From positions 1,302,001 through 1,366,000 of the forward strand of contig CM022669.1 in assembly GCA_012295275.1 (NCBI GenBank): a stretch of DNA of 64,000 nucleotides, given 5' to 3'. Below, piece after piece: positions 57,421 to 64,000 of this stretch (its first letter is position 1; the number at the start of each line of letters is the position of its first letter). The position numbers and the translations under genes were made by a program. This DNA is from Chrysomallon squamiferum (Eukaryota > Animalia > Mollusca). The notes under the pieces are model-generated. The model did no database searches, had not been told where the DNA came from, and saw only the letters and a list, made by a program, of their open reading frames with translations.

Positions 57421-58626
57421 TAAGCTTGTCAGTGAATGGGCATTGTGCTGACCACTGGGTTATGCACGTAGTTTATGACTGATCAAAAAGAACAAACTAC
57501 GGCGTATCGTCAATCGTTTTATCTAACTAGAAAACTTAACTATTCTATAACGTACTCGGATTATTCGACGACTTAAAAAAATGACAAATGTTAGTCTGAT
57601 ATGAGCACACAAAAAAATGCGGTTGTCACAATTACTAGCTGCTTGGCATCCAGTAACCAGCGATACAGACTTAATCAGTGTTTTCCTGTTCTGCCAGCTG
57701 CAGCTGTTTTTGAATTATTTTCTTGGGAAGATTTCAGTAATTCGGGTTTCTACACTTTGTGATTTTAAACTTTTCAATTAGTTCTGCGCAGAGTGCGAAT
57801 TTGAATACGATCTTTGGACATATCAGTGTTAGAAACATAAATTTACTGCTATTTATTTATTTTATTTATTTATTTATTTATTTATTTATTTTACACTGTA
57901 TTGACACGGTTTATACTTTAAAAAAAAAAAAAAAAAAAAAAAATTTTTGTATGTTCTGTTACGTTTATTAACATGTACTTATCGTATCGAGTTATTTCAC
58001 ACAGGTGAGCTTCTGTTCCACTTGCACCTGTCTTCCATGTTGCTATGGTGACTCAGTGGAAATCGGGGCTGGGGGGAGGGACGAAAAAAAGGTAAACAAA
58101 AAAGCGCATTGTCGTCCGATGGAAAGCAGGCCTCGTGCAAGAACACGCACCACGCACTGTTAACACGCGGCGTGATCTTGCAGTTGTTCGTGCATGCCTG
58201 AATGATTTGTTTTAATTTCTGCGAAATTATCAGAGTTCACTTGAACGTTTCGCGCCATTGACGTGAAATGTACTGCTCGATTTAACAGATTATATCTGAG
58301 TTTCGCAAAAAAAAACGTGAAATTAAAATCACCAAATACTTTCATCCTTTTTATTTTTGTAAATAAAAGTGTGTTGTTTTCATTTACCAAACAGTACTTG
58401 ATGAAAAAACTTATTAAATAGATACTGCATGCTTCAGTTATAACGTTAAATAGAAGTTTTTCTGTTACCATTATTTAATAATGTGCTCACAATTTGTTCA
58501 TTTGTCTTATTCCTCTTTTCTCTCATTCCAGTAAGAGTTGCAAAAGAAAAATGTAAATACCAGGCTAAATTTATTTATATTTGAACTTCTTTTAAGGAAA
58601 CGACTCACTGTTTAAATTAAAAGTTA

Positions 58627-58732
<106 letters not shown>

Positions 58733-60310
58733 GTATACATATATACACGTACACAGACATAATGTACATATTCGATAGAGATTTGATCCTTAATTAGACA
58801 AACCCAAAACACAGTTTGCATCATCACTCTTATCAATGATTTAGTTGCGTTACATTCGGGAATAGTGTCGCCACGAAAACACACTAAACGAAGTAAAAAA
58901 ATAAACCTCGTTTCTGCGTCTTTAATTCCGTGCACCACGGAGCACGTGCAGAAGTGCACAAAGGTTGTCATGGGAATACGTTTTTTGACAGGTAGAGTCA
59001 ATGCAATAAAATATTTATTACTAAAGTCAGTTGGAAGAGGGAGAAACGAGGTCAGGTCAGAAGAAGGTAAAACAGAAATAATTATCGTCGTTGTTGCAAT
59101 CCAATTTGCCTAATTTCCCATGCGCGCTATTAGCAAAATTGCCTGGCTGGAAATTGATATTAAGAGTAGGAAAAATGAACGAAAAAAAAAGGTTAAATTA
59201 ATTATCAGGTGATCAAAAGGAATGTTAGATATTCTGAGAATGAAAAATTATTTTTATGTTATTTTTTTTTAACAGTAAGTAGATGGGTGGGACCGATACT
59301 GACTGCGTCACTGCAAATGCGATTTAACTCAGATCGGGTATTTCCGTCAATTTTCGGAAATCAGAGCAAAGTTGATTTAATAAATTCTATAATTTCCTTC
59401 CCTGATTATATCATTTATAATTTTCTTAATATTTACATTTTTGTCTTAAACCTTCATCATCATCATCGTCACTAGTATTTAAATTATTATTCATTCTTCT
59501 TACTTTCATCGTAGTTGCTGTCATTATCAACATCATCGTTGTCCTTGTTCCTGCTAATGTGTTGTTGTTTACTTTTGTTTCAGCAGAAAGAATTATAATT
59601 TTATTATCAAAAGCAACAGTGTCTGAAACAGTTGACCTTTCACCTAATTAACAAACGTCAGAGAAATCTTTATTTTCCCGGTCTAAACTGTGCTTCATTA
59701 AGAAATGTATCTTTACATCTCGTTAAATAACCATTTCCTTTTATATCAATAAGTAATTTTCCTTATTACCCGCCTGGCAGGGGTCACCTCTAATCAAGAC
59801 AAGCATTTTAAAAACTGTTTTTTTTCAACCGATAATGCATTTCCAGCTCAGCCAATACACAAACACATTACGCTTCTTATTATCAATATGACAGCACCAA
59901 GGAACCCAGGTCCAGTCAATTTAGCATCAGTTATCTGATTAACTTGACAATACAGCTGATTAAAATGTTAGGTCTTCACGTACGCTGTCAGCTGTGTGCA
60001 TTATTAGTCGTTTTAACAAACATGTTGACAAAAGCCTGCGAATACTGACCATGTCAGTGTGGCCAGCTCTCACAACCACTGGCCGCCATTAATACATCAA
60101 AGAAATGTGGTTGTAATTGCTTTAATTATCTGTCCAACCAAAGCGATAAGTAAACAACTCATCTCGTCCTGCAAAACGTTTTGTTTACCGACTGCCTCGC
60201 TTTCGTGTTGTTTTACGCCGAAAAATTGATGGCTATCTACCATCAAATGAGTTTCCGATTGTAAATGGAACTAATAAAATGAAAGTAATAAAAAGAAAAC
60301 GGAAAAAAAG

Positions 60311-60348
<38 letters not shown>

Positions 60349-61547
60349 TAAGAAAATAAAAACTAAAAATGGAAAGAATAAAGGCCGATTAACCAAATTA
60401 ATCAAATTTTACACTAAAACTGATTTTGTCTTTCGTAGACTGATTGCAGCATGTTTAAATTTACAATCTATTTCACCTAAATAAAATAACTGACTATAAA
60501 CTGAATTTAATGTAATTAATTAAACCCAGTTAGAACAGCAACTGTATTTAATGTGCATCGATGTGACCTGTGTCCTCAACTCTCCATCTTTTGTCACGTG
60601 ACGTGGGTCAAATAGCCATACCTTTCACTTTCCCATGTTTCTCTGAGATAGGTCAGATAGTAGACTAGTTACCTGTCAGAAGTGAGATCACGAGGTCAGC
60701 AGCTCACAAGTTCAAGGTCTGTGATATCAATCATTAACATACAGTGTACTTGTCATTCTTTGAAGCTCTCAGGTTCTGGGATCGTCTCCCAGGACCCGGA
60801 TGTTAGTTAATAAGATGAACAGCTTGCTCGACTTAGGTTAATTTACTTTTAACTTACCTACAGATTTATCACACCAGTATGTTTACATGTGCATGTATGT
60901 GTAAGTATGTGTCAGTGTATGTGACAATGTGAGTGTGTGTATGTGTGTGTGTCTGTGTGTAAATGTATGTGTGAGAATGAGTATAGATAGATGGAGTATG
61001 TAGGTAAAGAAACAACGAAGCGAGGTAGAAACTGTTAGTTATTTAAGTAAGCAACTTTAATATTACCACCGACATCGAAGATAGTTGTACAGAATTGTTT
61101 TTACTAATTAGTTGGATGTTTTCCAACAACCACATCGGTAATAAACTTAGATTAATGAAAATCTAAACCTTGTTGTTTTCCTTGTAAAAAGAAGCTTAGC
61201 AAATTGAGTGTAATTTCTTGTCGTGTAATTAGCTCGTACCTGTACGATGTATAATCGATTGTGTTTACGTCGACTAATAAGATTCATTACTTTTTTCTAA
61301 TATCGAAAGTAGGATAAAGAATTGCTTTTGTGGAAATTCCTCTTACTCTCAACTTTAATTATTAGACACAATTCAGCTGGGACCATTAGCGAAACAAGTT
61401 CACTAGACAGAGTCAAATTATAATCAAATGACAGAATGTTTTTTATTACACTACAGATAGCACATTCTACTTACATACCACATACACACTCAGAACTTTT
61501 ACAAACTACTGATATATATTACTGTACATACTGCACACATCTACATC

Positions 61548-61760
61548 ACATTACACAGTACACACACATACATTACTATACACAGTACACACACATTACT
61601 GTACATAGTACACACATACACATTACTGAACATAGTACACACATACACATTACTGAACATAGTACACAGACATACATTACTAGGTATAATACAACAATAT
61701 ACATGTACAGATAGCACTGACACGTACATTACTGAACATACTATATACACATTACTGTAG
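61548..61760. repeat. Degenerate ~27-bp minisatellite
   Basis: Unit approximately ACATTACTGAACATAGTACACACATAC. Confidence 0.8.
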
Positions 61761-64000
61761 TTACACAGTGAATTCATTTACGTTAATGTATTTGCAGTAA
61801 AGACGGATGTATTATTTTTTACAACAGCACTTTTATTAGAATCTTGTAATAAACTCTGTGGTTTCCCCCAAAAAATAAAAATTTGTTCTTTTTATTTTCT
61901 ATGACTCCTTACTATAACGTTATATGAATAGTTTTGAAGGCTTTTTATTTGTAAATTTTTTTTATTTTTATTATTACTATTATTATTATTTCTTTTCTTT
62001 TTATTATTATTATTATCATGTTTTTCTTTCTTTTTTTCTCTTACCAGTATTGAATGTGTTTGATATTTTCATATTCTTAAGGTCCGCACAGTTCTACAAG
62101 AAAACGAACGTTATTAGCGTAAAATTATTTATATATATATTTTTTTTCACTTCTGTTTATTCAACGTTTTCAAGATTTTTGTTTATTTTTTGTTTATCTC
62201 TTTTTTATTATTCTTTCTTTATTTCTTTTTATTCTTTGTCTTTTTTCTTTTTCTTTTTCCTTTTTGCATTATTTTTTATTTTTTATTTTTTTAATTTTTT
62301 ATTTAGTTTTCTGTTTCTTTTCAGCTGCTTTTTTTCTGTATTCCACAACGTCACCTGATTTATTATTTTTTTTTTCGCTGTTGCTGTTGTGTTACATTAA
62401 AGTGACTAACTGTGTTTGTTGCGGACACACGATTTGTTTATGAACCACGTGTTATTAATCTGTGACCTGTTCAAGGTGATGGCTGTATGATTCACGCTGA
62501 CTAACATGTACATTGAAAAAAGAATCGATCTGCAGTTTACAAACAGCTCGCTCGTTCTAGTAAAGTGTAGAATGCGCGCGCTCATCACTTCCGGTGTAAG
62601 CGAGCAGATATCGGTGACATGGTGGCGTGTATCGATTTATTCTGGTGAATCTCGATTTTGACGATAATTGGCGAGATAAAATAAACTGAAAATTATTGTC
62701 TTCGACTTTATCCTGTATTTGCTCAAATAGGAATGTTTCTTTTTACTTTTTTTTTTTTTTTAAATTATATTATTCCTGTTGAAACTGACTTTTAATATGG
62801 TAATCAACTAATATAAAAAGTATATTACTTTTTTTTCAGATTACGTTTTGCAAAATGAAACATAAAAATAAATGATAGGTTTCTATATATATATATATGT
62901 TTACTTATTCTATCGTAAAATAACATGGCAAATATTTGGCCACCTTTTAAGGTTTTACCTGCCATCAAACCACATTTAAAAACACAGTTTATATTTTGTG
63001 TACTAATGAATGCACGTGATGAATGTAAATAATGGTGTATGAGTTTTACTGCTTGCAGACAGTAATTCAACTGGTTCGTTGTTTGATCAGCTCTCGATAA
63101 GACGCTGCTATTTTATATCATTTCTATTTTATTTGACATGTTTTATCACAAAACTAATTACTACGTAATCCACAAATCTGTTCTAAATATTCATAGCAGG
63201 TGAATGGAAGTGAAAAATGTATACAATTATATAAGTTGATACTTGGTGGATTTACAATAATTCTCAGTTATTTGTAAGAATATTCCCATCCCTTTCATTA
63301 TCTGTGTTATACTAAATACCCGAGTATCTTCTCTCAGTCACTTTTTTCATTCTCACTTTCTTTCTTTTTCGATTTCTTTTTCTTCCTCCCTCCCTGTCTC
63401 TCCTCTCTTTCACTCTCTCTTCTTCCTTCTCTCTCATTCGTCCTCTCTCTTTCTCGTTCTTTCAATCGCTCGCTCATTCTCTCTCATTCCTTCTTTCTTT
63501 CTTTACCTCTCTCTGTTTTCCGTTACATGAACTGACCTAATTTAAACCAGTTTGAACAAGATTATATTACAGAATCATCGATTCCTACTTCCCGCTGATT
63601 ATTTCCTGTATAAAAGAAAGTTCTAAATTCCAAAGAAAACTGTTCTCAGTTAAAGCGACTGAAAATTAGTCAAATGTTATTTTTTTTTTTTTTTTTTTTT
63701 TTGTAAAAATGTATTACGAAAGTACTTCAAACTAAGATGCAGATTTATCTATCTGTTTTGTGTAATGTGCATACAAATATAGACCAGTGTCTGTCTAGTT
63801 CATATTCCGCCTTGACTATCAACAGTAAATAAGCAAAAGTATAAATCCATATTTATTATACAAATAAATGAACAAATACAGCTATAAAGATAATTATATT
63901 ATAAAGTCTGCAGCATACATATATATATAAAGATCAGTACATTTACTGTAATAAAGAAATTAAATAAATGCGTTAGTCGGATCTACTTTTGTGGCTGGAG

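Overview
Eukaryotic (animal) genomic DNA: AT-rich and dense in micro- and minisatellites, with no prokaryotic gene organisation. An invertebrate, possibly molluscan, source is only an inference. The one protein-coding gene I can support is a + strand MEX3-family RNA-binding protein / E3 ligase gene. It has two coding exons (43521-43779 and 53415-54825) split by a 9,635-bp phase-1 GT-AG intron inside the KH1 GxxG loop, and encodes an N-terminal NES-like motif, two KH domains and a C-terminal C3HC4 RING. As written, exon 2 has a frame break at a C4 run (54463-54466) that separates the RING from the KH domains. This is most likely a homopolymer error, but if real it would give a RING-less protein. 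The ~43 kb upstream is an apparent gene desert with large minisatellite arrays (29, 19, 23, 37, 27, 17/15 and 24-32 bp units), many microsatellites and a strong excess of perfect TGACGTCA palindromes. Nearly all other ORFs in the track are repeat artefacts. I found no convincing novel multi-gene system.
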